This document shows, piece by piece, positions 15,658 through 25,835 of a stretch of DNA of 64,000 bases. Each line of letters opens with the position of its first letter. The stretch's first letter is position 1. The notes beneath the pieces are model-generated. The model saw nothing but the letters and a program-made list of their open reading frames with translations, made no database searches and was not told where the DNA came from. The DNA is from a virus (Duplodnaviria; Caudoviricetes): the IMG/VR virus record IMGVR_UViG_2823592041_000002, positions 1 to 64,000 of that record, one strand, 5' to 3'. A program made the translations under genes and the position numbers.

Positions 15658-16056
15658 ATGGATACTTTATTTTTATTTGCTCTAATTGTTAAACATGCTT
15701 TTTGTGATTTATACTTACAGTTTAAAAAAGTCCCACTTGATAAAACTAAATATATAGGTGAATGTCATTTACACTATTTCGATCATGCACTATTCACTTT
15801 CATAATTTCATATTTGTTTCTCGTCCCTCTTGAATATTGTTTTATATTATCAGGTATAGATTACATTTTACATTGGCACATAGATTGTATTAAAACTAAA
15901 GTTATGAAATTTTTAAATATTTCTAAAAGTTCATTAACTTATTGGTTATTTCAAACTTTTGATCAGATTTTACACTACTCGACATATTTACTGTTAGTGT
16001 ATATTTCATCTTCACCTCAACACATCTTTAAAAAATTGATTTCTTACTTTAACTAA
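15658..16056 (+). CDS. DUF3307-like membrane protein
   Basis: KHAFCDLYLQ, HWHID, DQILH; TATAAATA at 15644-15651. Confidence 0.75.
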   Translation: MDTLFLFALIVKHAFCDLYLQFKKVPLDKTKYIGECHLHYFDHALFTFIISYLFLVPLEYCFILSGIDYILHWHIDCIKTKVMKFLNISKSSLTYWLFQTFDQILHYSTYLLLVYISSSPQHIFKKLISYFN

Positions 16057-16392
16057 TCTTTTCAGTTCGCTACATTTTGGGTATGCTTTTTTTAGAAATC
16101 TATATCTATCGTCTTTAATTCTTGTAAATCTTAATTTATTAAAATTGGTCAAAAATATTGCCCACCCTCGTCTAGTGTAGTATATACTCAAATCAAACTC
16201 TCTCATAACTTTAAAGAATTCTGCTCGTTCTTCTCTATCAGTTATAACTATAACTTTCTTACCATCTTTACAATACTCAGAGATTTTTTTGAGCACTCCT
16301 AGATTAGATTTTGAAAAGAGTTCTTTTTTCTTTTCAGGTTTAAGTAAGGCTATTTTTTTCGATAATTTTGCAAAAAAGGTTGACGGTTTCAT
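16012..16392 (-). CDS. basic hypothetical protein
   Basis: ORF track; coupled to upstream gene. Confidence 0.55.
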   Translation of the reverse strand: MKPSTFFAKLSKKIALLKPEKKKELFSKSNLGVLKKISEYCKDGKKVIVITDREERAEFFKVMREFDLSIYYTRRGWAIFLTNFNKLRFTRIKDDRYRFLKKAYPKCSELKRLVKVRNQFFKDVLR

Positions 16393-16856
16393 TTTCTTAA
16401 AAATATTAAATCCTCATCTGAGGAAAGTCTTTTGTTAATTTGTCCAGGTGTTAATTTTTCACCATTAAATAATTCCACACCTTGGTCTCTAAAAATCTCT
16501 TCAATAAATTCTATACAGTTCCATTTACTTTTATCATCAATGTTCTTTTTCTTATAGAAAAAAAATAAAGTTCTGAAAAAATCATATTTCTTATTCTTAT
16601 TTTTAAAAATAAAATGTAAAGTTTGTCTCAGGTCTTTAATATTAGGAGTGTTTTTATGTATTCGAACATCTTTATCTTTACAATACTCTTTTAATGAAAA
16701 AAATTGAACACCATTAAAATTTACTTCGGCTATAACGCCTCTATAATTATATTTATTTATATAGAAGGCAACGTGATTCCATTTAGACCAAGTGAACAGC
16801 TGAATCAATCTACTAAAAAAAGTTTTTTGTGATACTGTTACAATTGCATATTCCAT
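16389..16856 (-). CDS. permuted papain-like NlpC/P60 (YiiX/YaeF-like) protein
   Basis: SKWNHVA...KKYD...WNCIEF (His before Cys). Confidence 0.75.
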   Translation of the reverse strand: MEYAIVTVSQKTFFSRLIQLFTWSKWNHVAFYINKYNYRGVIAEVNFNGVQFFSLKEYCKDKDVRIHKNTPNIKDLRQTLHFIFKNKNKKYDFFRTLFFFYKKKNIDDKSKWNCIEFIEEIFRDQGVELFNGEKLTPGQINKRLSSDEDLIFLRK

Positions 16857-16864
16857 ATAATTAT

Positions 16865-17287
16865 TTATAATACAACTTTACCTTCTGATATCAATCTCTG
16901 TCGATTCTTTTCATGCTCGTCTTGAATTTCTTTTTTACTTTGCCCTAGATACCTAACAGCATGACCTTCCGCACATAAAAGGTCACCACTTGTCCCTGCT
17001 AAATCATATACAACAAAATCTCCAAGGATTCTTCCAAATTTTCCTCTAATATCTTTCACACTTCTCAGAACAATATCATCACTCATTGACAATATCTCTT
17101 CAAGTCTTTTCTTAGCAACAAGACCGAAAGCCTTTTCAACTTTGTCCTTAGTTCTTGATTCTGGTGCATCAATACCGTAAATCCTGATCCTTTGGTTCTT
17201 CATCCATATACCAAAACCCAAATCTATATCAACATCAACGGTATCACCATCAACAACTTCTATGTTTGCAACTTTATATTCGTACAA
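16865..17287 (-). CDS. thermonuclease (SNase-like)
   Basis: VVDGDT, RIYGIDAPE, GKFGRILG. Confidence 0.9.
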   Translation of the reverse strand: MYEYKVANIEVVDGDTVDVDIDLGFGIWMKNQRIRIYGIDAPESRTKDKVEKAFGLVAKKRLEEILSMSDDIVLRSVKDIRGKFGRILGDFVVYDLAGTSGDLLCAEGHAVRYLGQSKKEIQDEHEKNRQRLISEGKVVL

Positions 17288-17309
17288 TCCTTATCCCAAT
17301 TCGTTTAAA

Positions 17310-17450
17310 CTACCATTCCAATTCTACAGATTCACCAGTCAGTTTAACATAAACCATAACTGGGAATGCTAGTAAGAAAAATATAACTGCTGCCAGAAAA
17401 CCAGCAACTTCAATGTAAAAACCCATTAACTTTAAAAAAAACTTTTTCAT
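17310..17450 (-). CDS. small membrane protein (46 aa)
   Basis: MKKFFLKLMGFYIEVAGFLAAVIFFLLAFPVMVYVK...*. Confidence 0.5.
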   Translation of the reverse strand: MKKFFLKLMGFYIEVAGFLAAVIFFLLAFPVMVYVKLTGESVELEW

Positions 17451-18343
17451 TTAAAAAACCTTTGTAAATCTGTTTTCATAACATTACTTTTAGACCAATC
17501 TGTTTCACCAAAAACTTTTCTTTTATATTTTTCAACATTCTTTTTATTATGTTCTATCTCATCGTAACAGAACTTCGGCTTCTCATCAACAGATCCCCAT
17601 GTACATCTACCACTAGCATTCTTTTCCCAAGATTGTATTTGCCATTCCAGATCACCATTTTTTGGATAGTCTCTATTCCACCCATATTCGGATAAAATAT
17701 TTTCAGCTTTCCTTGTTAGTGGGAAAATATATCTGAACATTCTACCCCTAACCCTTTTCATTTTCTTCGATTTTAGAAAATCAGGAGTTAACCAAAATAT
17801 TTTAGGTTTACCAGAAAATTCAGCATTCTCTTTACAAAGTTTACTAGCTGTTCTTGGATGTATCTTTTCACCCGTTTCTGACATATAAACATCAGTCCAA
17901 TACTTACCACCATAATAGAAGTTGGATGCTTGATAAACATACCCAACTTTACCCATTATACCGTCAGCCATAGTATAGAGGAAAAGTTTTCTATCTTGAT
18001 CTTTATTTAGATTCCTGTCTCTTGTTTTCAACCAATTAACAACACTCTTGATCATTTGTGATTCGGAATTTTTAGGTAAATCGTCAGACATACACATTTT
18101 ACCAATCTCATAATAATCACCAGATTCAAATTCATGATTATGGAATATTTTTCTAATAGTACCTTTTGGTTGAGTACCCCATCCAAGAGTAATAGCTCCA
18201 ACCATACTATCGTCGAGAAAAACACCTAACCAATGTTTTGTCAATACTGGGAATACTGGCGAGTAATGATACTTTTGGACAAACGTGTAGACGAACTCTT
18301 TTGACACTTCTTCAATTGTGAAGTTAACTTTTTTTAGACTCAT
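17447..18343 (-). CDS. Mom-like (GNAT-fold) DNA-modifying protein A
   Basis: KYHYS, EIGKMC..PKNSESQ, TMADG..GYVYQASNF. Confidence 0.7.
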   Translation of the reverse strand: MSLKKVNFTIEEVSKEFVYTFVQKYHYSPVFPVLTKHWLGVFLDDSMVGAITLGWGTQPKGTIRKIFHNHEFESGDYYEIGKMCMSDDLPKNSESQMIKSVVNWLKTRDRNLNKDQDRKLFLYTMADGIMGKVGYVYQASNFYYGGKYWTDVYMSETGEKIHPRTASKLCKENAEFSGKPKIFWLTPDFLKSKKMKRVRGRMFRYIFPLTRKAENILSEYGWNRDYPKNGDLEWQIQSWEKNASGRCTWGSVDEKPKFCYDEIEHNKKNVEKYKRKVFGETDWSKSNVMKTDLQRFFK

Positions 18344-18378
18344 AATAATATTATATCACACACCACCGACTAATACAA
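18344..18378 (-). promoter_or_regulatory. sigma70-type promoter, leaderless
   Basis: TTGTAT-17-TATAAT (extended TGn)-ATTATT-ATG. Confidence 0.65.
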
Positions 18379-18973
18379 TCTTACAGATATGTTCCAATCT
18401 TTCGATATGTTCAAATGCTTCCCACGGAGTTTCTGCAATGGAGACAACCCCATGACCTTTAATACCTACAATGTCACATTCCAAAGAACCGTCACTCTTT
18501 AGTCCTAAATTTTCGTGACATCTATCTGCTAACTCTTGAGATATCGGTGGTACATCTGGAACAGACTTTCCAACCTTTGTATATCTCCCTAACTCAGGGA
18601 ACTGTAAAACAAGTTTATCCAACTCTATACCTTTGTGCAGTGCAGCTACAGTATATGTTGGGTGTAAATGAACGACAACTCTACTACAATCACCTGATAT
18701 ATTTTTCTGAATACCATAGTGAAGGGGAGTTTCACCTGACGGTTCTAAATTAGAAGATAATGCTGTATGTTCCATAACTAGAAATTTCTCATAGTCTTTG
18801 TATATGGAAACTTTCTTCCACATATCAGGGTCAAGCATTGGTTTTCTAATACCACTGGGAGTAATCCAGAAGTGTTCTCTGTCTCTATTTCGGACAGATA
18901 TATTACCATCTCTTGAAGTTATCCAATTGAGTTGGTATGCTTTCTGCATTAACTCACAACAAGTTTTTAACAT
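18356..18973 (-). CDS. class II aldolase/adducin family protein
   Basis: GNISVR, ITPSG, PSGETPLH, VVHLHP, GHGVV. Confidence 0.85.
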   Translation of the reverse strand: MLKTCCELMQKAYQLNWITSRDGNISVRNRDREHFWITPSGIRKPMLDPDMWKKVSIYKDYEKFLVMEHTALSSNLEPSGETPLHYGIQKNISGDCSRVVVHLHPTYTVAALHKGIELDKLVLQFPELGRYTKVGKSVPDVPPISQELADRCHENLGLKSDGSLECDIVGIKGHGVVSIAETPWEAFEHIERLEHICKIVLVGGV

Positions 18974-21391
18974 TACCGATTATCCCATTTCATTTTGATT
19001 GTATAAACTACAACCATAATAATAGTGAACCACCAAAATAAAGTCAACACTATCCAGTTTTTGAAGAGTGCTTTATCAACATCCTCTGGTGTCATCTCTA
19101 ATCTTTTTATCATATCATTTCTGATATCTTGTTTTATAAAAAGTTGCCACCTGAGAAACAATCCCCAAATGACAATATTCAAAATGTAATATTCTATAAA
19201 AGTTTCCATTAGAAAGGAATCTCCTCTTCCAGAAATTTGTTTGCTGCTTCTCTAACTTCTGCCAAATTTCTATATTGACCTATAATTTTAGAATCTCCAG
19301 CAATACCATCTGCTTTATGAATTAATACAAAACATTCTTCACAACCAACTATTGGAGCTGAACATTCAACAAATAACTTCCCAACGTCAGTTTTTCCTAA
19401 AAATAAAACCATCACTTAAACCTTAAATAAAATATATGTGGATTCCTGCTCATCTAATGCGCCATCCATTGGGAAAAACTTCTCAGGTTTCATTCCGGAA
19501 AGTTCATATGCTACAGTTTCGCTATGAGTTGAAGCTTCAAACATATCCACAATATCTTGTTTCTCCACCATTAACATGTTAGCTCTTGGTGAATCTGAAG
19601 ACCCAATATCTAAAAAATGAACGTATACATATATGTCATCATCTTTTTTAGGCATTTTAAACTCTACCTATAATACACTGTCCAATAATAATTCTGATCA
19701 TCCACATTAACTTTTTCAGTATGACTATTGAATTCTTTATAATAATCATAATTTTTATTCTGAAGAGAAATCATCTTGTCAAAATCTTTTTCTTTATAAC
19801 AAGATAATTCAAAAACCTCTCCACCAGAAACATCTAAAACTGTGTGATGAATCTTTTCCCAAATTTGATTAACTAATTTTGAATCTCTCATCTTAGCTTT
19901 CAAAGACCTTAAAAATTCAAATGGAATATACCCATTAGTTTTTCTGTTATATTTTCTACAACGAGAGCATGAATAATATTGTCTTCCAGATACGAAATCT
20001 CCATTTTGAAATTCAATACCGCAGGTTTCGCAATTAGTTATCATTTCTTCCCCCCACCATCATTACCAATACCACTTTTCATTGCTGCTTCTAAATTTTT
20101 CCTAAGAAGGTCCATATTTTTTCTAGAACTTCTCATTCTATAGTATTGTACTATAACATTAAAAACAAAAAAAGTAAAATCATTAAGCAAATTCGCTAAA
20201 TAAATAATTAAAAACAAACTCAGTAAATCAAATTCCATCATAAATCCTTTATCCGTGTACCTAAAGCTTCTATATAAACATTAAGTTTACTAATACTATT
20301 ATCCACACTAACTTTCATTAGTTTAACGCCGCCATCACCAATATCTTTTCTCATTTTTCTAATATTGTTGATATCAGTTTTCTTCCAAACGTTTATCATA
20401 CGTTTAATCCCGATATTACTGGGATTAATATTCTCAATTAAAGATGGGTTTTTAACAATCAAAAGGTCAAAAAGTCTATAAAGATAAGCTGTGAAATAAC
20501 TATGCTCGGTTTTCATTTTAATTAACATTTTATATTCTTGAGTTGAGGATAACCCAAATTTCTCCATATTCTTAGCCTTTTTGATTAAATCTTTTTCCAA
20601 AGAAATAGATACATCAATATCTTGAGCGAATATTTCTGAAATATATTTTTTAATTGACCTTTCTTCCATTTCTATCAACCTTATCATCTTTAGAAAGTTT
20701 ACACTTGTTGACTTTTTTTCTAACTTCTTCCCTATCAGACCACTCACAATAAGTATAACTAACTTTAATTGGCACAATAACTCCTACTTCAATATTTCCT
20801 TCAACATTCTCTTCTTATCAATCATCTCAAAATATTTTTTTCTACTTATGATTGACATTCTCAATTTAATATAGTGTACATTTGATATTTCTATTATATT
20901 ATAACCTATCCTATTGTTTCTGTAAAGTATTTTTTTATCTATCGGATCTATACTCAAACTTTCATCTAGATAATGTATTTCATATCTTATCTGAAGTCTT
21001 GGATTATCCTCAATATACTTCTTAAATTTACCTTGACTTGAAACTTTTGTTTCTGTGATGTTAATATCAATATCCAAGTCTTCAATATTTTTAACTATGT
21101 GTTCTACAAGCTCTTTTTCCAGTTGTTGAACTTCCTTCGAAAGATTTTCCTTAGAACCCTCCATTAAAAATCCTTAGTGATATATTTTATCCACACTTTT
21201 GATGGATACTTATGTTTATCATAAAACTTTCTAAAATATAATATATCTCCTTGAACATAGACATTCTCTACTGGGGTTTGAAACTCATCATCCAGAAAAA
21301 CTTCCACAACATATTGATTTAATATTTTAAAGGGTAAAACTACAGTTTCATCTTCATTTACATATCTATCAATCAACATTATAGGTTTCAT
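18973..21391 (-). other. run of small hypothetical ORFs (18973-19209, 19209-19415, 19416-19655, 19664-20044 Zn-ribbon, 20041-20241, 20238-~20669, 20784-21164, 21164-21391)
   Basis: Tightly coupled ORFs; 19664-20044 has CxxC...CxxC; two are hydrophobic. Confidence 0.6.
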
Positions 21392-21402
21392 AATAGTATT
21401 TA

Positions 21403-21424
21403 GGAGTGGGGATATCCCCACTCC
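21403..21424 (-). terminator. hairpin downstream of gp32
   Basis: GGAGTGGGG-ATAT-CCCCACTCC perfect palindrome. Confidence 0.65.
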
Positions 21425-21434
21425 AATTATGAGT

Positions 21435-22310
21435 TTATTGTGACAGTTGTTCGAATAAGGCTAAGGCATCATCTGGGTCAGATACTACTTCCTCAACCGT
21501 ACCCGAAGATGAAGAAACTTGAACATCTTCAACTTCAACTACCTGTGTTGCGTCATTATTTTTTGTTACTGTTTGACCTCTACCTAAAACTTTGTCAAGT
21601 CTAGCTTTAAGTTGGTCATATGTTTTAAAAGATTCAGTAGAAGTAAAATTTGATAACGGTTTTATCTCATTATAAATTTTCTCTAGAAAATCCTCATCCT
21701 CATGTAGAGCAGTAGTTCTATCGAAAGCTGAATCATCATAGTTTAGATAATCACCTTTCATTTTCATTCGAATCTTGAAATTAGCACCAGACCACAAATC
21801 AAATGGGTCAATTGCATCTTCATCCTCAAACTTAGGTGAGATTGCTTCTGTAATTTTATTAAAGATTGTTGTACCAAACTTATACAAGAAGACTTTACCC
21901 TCATTCTGAGGATTAGCTGGGTCTTTTACAACATAGATGTTTGCATAATAGGAAACATTCCTTTTCTGCTTTCTACCCTGCGCCTTCAATGCTTCATCAC
22001 CAGAGTTATATAAAGTCCCATTGAACTCATACACTGGATCTTTTTGACCGATAGTCGTTAAGGACTTTTCAATATACCAACCCCCTGGTCCTTGAAAATA
22101 GTGGTGGAAAACTTTCACCCAAGGGAGTTCATCATTATCTTTTGATGGAAGGAATCGAATCACTGCTGAACCAATTCCAGCATCATCGTCAAATACAGGT
22201 TTCCAATACTCTTCTTCAGTATTTCCACCTTTTGTTGAAATCGTTTCAAGTTGTGATTTCAATTTGTCAAAGTTACTTTTTCTTTTTTTCTTTAAACTTG
22301 CAAAACTCAT
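21435..22310 (-). CDS. gp32: single-stranded DNA-binding protein (T4 gp32)
   Basis: AVIRFLP, FQGPGGWYIE, YYANIYVVKDPANP.NEGKVFL, acidic tail. Confidence 0.95.
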   Translation of the reverse strand: MSFASLKKKRKSNFDKLKSQLETISTKGGNTEEEYWKPVFDDDAGIGSAVIRFLPSKDNDELPWVKVFHHYFQGPGGWYIEKSLTTIGQKDPVYEFNGTLYNSGDEALKAQGRKQKRNVSYYANIYVVKDPANPQNEGKVFLYKFGTTIFNKITEAISPKFEDEDAIDPFDLWSGANFKIRMKMKGDYLNYDDSAFDRTTALHEDEDFLEKIYNEIKPLSNFTSTESFKTYDQLKARLDKVLGRGQTVTKNNDATQVVEVEDVQVSSSSGTVEEVVSDPDDALALFEQLSQ

Positions 22311-22344
22311 AATTTTATTTCTCCTTAGAAATCGTGTTACTTAT

Positions 22345-22373
22345 ATAATAACACATTATTTGTAATTCGTCAA
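22345..22373 (-). promoter_or_regulatory. sigma70-type promoter for gp32
   Basis: TTGACG-17-TATTAT. Confidence 0.6.
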
Positions 22374-22375
22374 TA

Positions 22376-23005
22376 CTAAATGAAAACTTTTTTTAATATT
22401 TTTTTATACTTCTCTTTTGATATGGACAAGAATGGTTTATACTTCTTTATCTTGAAGTGCAACTCTTTCCACATAAAATCATTTTCCATACTCTTATCCC
22501 AGTGTTGGAAATAACCCAAGACAATATCCATTATAATCAGAGTTTCTAGACAGATATCATCTTTGATATAGTGCTTTAAAATCAATGGGTGTGTTTTAGA
22601 CTTAACACCATTCTTAATAATAGAACACTTGAACATGTCATTGAAAGGAACATCTAACTCTTTTAGAAATTGTAAATCTTGTTCGAAATGATACGGTAAA
22701 GAACCCAGCCTTGTTCTCCATTGGTTGTATATCTTATCATTCTCAACTCCAATAAATTGATCTAATCTGTAATTGTCTTTACTGTAAGAAATGAACATAC
22801 ATACAAGGAAGTTTGCGAATTCATCTCCATACTTTTTCTCAAGTCTGAAAATAAAGTTCTTTCCTCTTTTCTTCATCACATCACCAAACTTTCCAGTTTT
22901 ACCTCTATACTTAAAAAAATCGTAATTTGTAGTGAAGTGTAATCTGATAGAATGGTATATCTTGAAATATTTTTCTAGGTTTTTGTATTTATTAGTCTCT
23001 ATCAT
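22376..23005 (-). CDS. gp59: helicase loader (T4 gp59)
   Basis: LHFTTNYDFFKY.GK, HPLILK, ICLETL; position between gp33 and gp32. Confidence 0.9.
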   Translation of the reverse strand: MIETNKYKNLEKYFKIYHSIRLHFTTNYDFFKYRGKTGKFGDVMKKRGKNFIFRLEKKYGDEFANFLVCMFISYSKDNYRLDQFIGVENDKIYNQWRTRLGSLPYHFEQDLQFLKELDVPFNDMFKCSIIKNGVKSKTHPLILKHYIKDDICLETLIIMDIVLGYFQHWDKSMENDFMWKELHFKIKKYKPFLSISKEKYKKILKKVFI

Positions 23006-23235
23006 ACAGGCAGTTTAGAACTCTTTTTAATAAAGTTTAAACTCTTTGCTTCCATTTCCAACTTACTCTTTAGGTTTGGGGATACTAATTTAGATACCCT
23101 ATCTGGTTCTAGTCCTGTATCTTCACAGTATTCTAGAATAGCTTCCAACCATCCAATGTCGTGTTGATATACTCGGTTTTCAATCTCTTGGAAAAAATCT
23201 TCCATGTTTTCTTGAAGGGTTTTGTTTTGTCGCAT
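23002..23235 (-). CDS. gp33: late transcription coactivator (T4 gp33)
   Basis: LEAILEYCE...LKSKLEMEAKSLN...LPV. Confidence 0.9.
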   Translation of the reverse strand: MRQNKTLQENMEDFFQEIENRVYQHDIGWLEAILEYCEDTGLEPDRVSKLVSPNLKSKLEMEAKSLNFIKKSSKLPV

Positions 23236-23255
23236 TTTACCACCTTATTTATTTA

Positions 23256-24440
23256 TCATCTTATAATGTCGAAGTTAATTTCGTCACTATTCCAAAGTTC
23301 AAGTTCGTGCCTAAGTCGGCCGTCTTTTTTTAATTTTTCGTATCTATTGGTGGCTTTGTTTTTCCACCAATCAATCATATAATCTAATTCGAATTTGTGA
23401 TAGTTTTGTTTACTTGGTATCAATTCCGTTTGTTCCCCTAAAATAACCTCTTTAGAATTTTCGAAACCATAGTCACTTATGTAAAACCTTTTCTGTTGTG
23501 TCACATCCATAGCTTTATTAATTGAGGATGTAAACAAGTCTTTTAGTTTTTGATCTTTTAAGTTTTTCTTTATATACGATATGACATACGTGTTTCTTTT
23601 GAGTAACCTATTGGAACTATTTTTACCAACAGGATCATCTGGAAAACCTTTACTAAAAATATTATTGTAATAATCATTAAATATTTCTGGGGGTAGGAAA
23701 GGTGTCATTTTTGATTCTGTCAAACCGTAGTATTTAATAAAAGGTTTTAATCCATCATATTGTGACTGAGCTTTACTACTACCATAAAGGGAAGTTGTTT
23801 CAAAACTACATATGTTACAGTTTGTATATTTTTCATTTAAATATTTTCTAGCATAATGGGAACAACACATTAAAGTTAAGAGTTTACCACCTGCGTAATT
23901 GTATCCAAATGGTTGAACAGGGACAATAACAAAACCCATTATTGTATGTTTGTTAAAAGTCACCATCTCTGGCGGCCTTCCAAGTCTTAAATTTCTTGGT
24001 TTGGAATTCATTAATGGTGACGCAAAACGAACAAAACCAACAACCTTTCCAGTATTCTCTTCTTCAACAACCCACTTTAAAGTTTTGCCAGGCACACTAT
24101 CTTTATTTGTATGTGAGGATACAATATCTAAAGCTCTATTAAAATACCTATTATCATATTTGTAACTAACAGAAACATCATGTATGGTAAATTTCATATC
24201 TTGGGGGTGTATATTATAGTCATTAAAAAATGTATCTTCATATGACATACCACCAAGTTCACTTTTCCTATTACTCATTCTTTCTAGTTTGATCTTTTTC
24301 GAATGTTCTTCTATATTACCAATATCAGAAAAGTAAGCTATGTAGAGTTGAGCTCCATAGCTCAAATCACTCTGACTTAATTCATACTGTTCGGAATTGC
24401 TTGTAGGTTGTTCAACCTCAAGTTCTGGAAATAAACTCAT
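23256..24440 (-). CDS. DUF4338 / DruA-like protein
   Basis: IVPVQPFGYNYAGGKLL, FETTSLYG...SQYDG. Confidence 0.7.
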   Translation of the reverse strand: MSLFPELEVEQPTSNSEQYELSQSDLSYGAQLYIAYFSDIGNIEEHSKKIKLERMSNRKSELGGMSYEDTFFNDYNIHPQDMKFTIHDVSVSYKYDNRYFNRALDIVSSHTNKDSVPGKTLKWVVEEENTGKVVGFVRFASPLMNSKPRNLRLGRPPEMVTFNKHTIMGFVIVPVQPFGYNYAGGKLLTLMCCSHYARKYLNEKYTNCNICSFETTSLYGSSKAQSQYDGLKPFIKYYGLTESKMTPFLPPEIFNDYYNNIFSKGFPDDPVGKNSSNRLLKRNTYVISYIKKNLKDQKLKDLFTSSINKAMDVTQQKRFYISDYGFENSKEVILGEQTELIPSKQNYHKFELDYMIDWWKNKATNRYEKLKKDGRLRHELELWNSDEINFDIIR

Positions 24441-24449
24441 AATACACCT

Positions 24450-25124
24450 TTAGGATTGATTATAGTACTCTTTAATACGATTGTCAAGTTTTTTGATGTA
24501 ATCCTTAACATTTTTCTCAAACACCTGTATTTGACCATCTCTGACACACACAAGGATTCTTATATTTTCTATTAATCTACCAGTTCTTTCATAAAATGCG
24601 TAAGAATAGAACGTAGCTTGTAAGAAATAATCTTCGATCCATTCTTCTTTTTTAGGTTTCTTTGCATTCTTGAAATCAATAATAGCAGGAACTCCATCAA
24701 ACTCAGCAATACAATCTACCCTTCCAGCAATCTTCAAGTTATCTGAATAAAGAGCAGCCTCCAAAGCAATAACATTGTCGATTCTATCCAGAAGATTCCT
24801 AAAGCTTTTGAACATCCACTTATCCATATTGGATAAATTGGAAAAATCATCCTTTGTCATCTCATTTTTAAGGTATTTTTCAGAGTTATCGTGTAATGCG
24901 TTACCAATTGTCCTAGCAACTCTGGATATTCTCTCAGCTTCCTCTTCACCAACTCTTTTTTTCCATGCTTCAATTGCTGGATTACCTTTTGATGATAAAA
25001 TTGTGGTGATTGAGGGGTAAGAATTACCTTCTGGGGTTAAATATTGTCTTTTTCCGTCTGTGTTTGTTATAGATTCAAGATCAGGATATCCCAAATCCAC
25101 ATTCTGGTGGTTAAATATCTTCAT
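24450..25124 (-). CDS. PD-(D/E)xK exonuclease (Cas4/RecB-like)
   Basis: YPSITTIL, AGRVDC, IIDFK, YFLQ; start reassigned to ATG 25124. Confidence 0.85.
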   Translation of the reverse strand: MKIFNHQNVDLGYPDLESITNTDGKRQYLTPEGNSYPSITTILSSKGNPAIEAWKKRVGEEEAERISRVARTIGNALHDNSEKYLKNEMTKDDFSNLSNMDKWMFKSFRNLLDRIDNVIALEAALYSDNLKIAGRVDCIAEFDGVPAIIDFKNAKKPKKEEWIEDYFLQATFYSYAFYERTGRLIENIRILVCVRDGQIQVFEKNVKDYIKKLDNRIKEYYNQS

Positions 25125-25159
25125 ATTATAATTATACACTATATTTTAGGGAATGTCAA
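25125..25159 (-). promoter_or_regulatory. consensus sigma70 promoter, leaderless
   Basis: TTGACA-17-TATAAT-TATAAT-ATG. Confidence 0.75.
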
Positions 25160-25161
25160 CT

Positions 25162-25800
25162 CTATTTCAAAGAATAAACATATATATGTTTCCCTGTAGT
25201 CTTAATATATTTAGCTTCTCCGTTTTCTAAAGAATTTTTAACTTTTTTAGCGAAAGGTTTAAGTTCTTTATTACCATTCTTATCTATATAATAAGTTCGT
25301 ATACATTTGTCATGATAAATTCTACCACCATATTCTATAACACGGCCTTTTGATGTCATACCACAATGTTTAAAATTTGAAGCCTTGTAAATAGTACCCT
25401 CATGTCCGTGAAATGTGTCAGCATAAGAAACTACAGTTTTGTATGATGTATTTTTTTTCAACCATCTCAAAGTGTTCCCAATGAAATAACTCTCTGTATT
25501 TTTTGGAGTGTTATCAATACAACAAAGTCTTCTTAATTCAATAACATCTTCTTCATTTTCAGCATACTTCTTCCAAGTGTTAGCCATACCCAAAGGACCA
25601 TATATTATAGAACCTATTAAATTATTATTGTAGAAAAGACCGAAAACATTTGAAACTCTAAGACCATTTACATTTGAGGAATAGTGCCATTTTTCAACAA
25701 AATTTCTAACAAATTGGATTGTCACTGGTTCAACTTCGAAATTTTTAACAGATACCTGTCTGTAATCTAAATCTTCAAATAGGGATTCCAAATAATTCAT
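25162..25800 (-). CDS. Mom-like (GNAT-fold) DNA-modifying protein B
   Basis: WHYS, ELRRLC..PKNTESYFI, VSYAD..GHEGTIYKASNF. Confidence 0.8.
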   Translation of the reverse strand: MNYLESLFEDLDYRQVSVKNFEVEPVTIQFVRNFVEKWHYSSNVNGLRVSNVFGLFYNNNLIGSIIYGPLGMANTWKKYAENEEDVIELRRLCCIDNTPKNTESYFIGNTLRWLKKNTSYKTVVSYADTFHGHEGTIYKASNFKHCGMTSKGRVIEYGGRIYHDKCIRTYYIDKNGNKELKPFAKKVKNSLENGEAKYIKTTGKHIYVYSLK

Positions 25801-25835
25801 ATTTCAATTATATATTATTTTTTAACGATTGTCAA
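25801..25835 (-). promoter_or_regulatory. consensus sigma70 promoter, leaderless
   Basis: TTGACA-17-TATAAT-TGAAAT-ATG. Confidence 0.75.

Noticed and set aside
23256-24440. Complete Druantia defence system
   Set aside because: Only a DruA/DUF4338-like gene; no DruE helicase or other components in the window
24450-25124. Cas4-like nuclease as evidence of a CRISPR system
   Set aside because: No array or other cas genes; this exonuclease is a routine gene near phoH in T4-like phages
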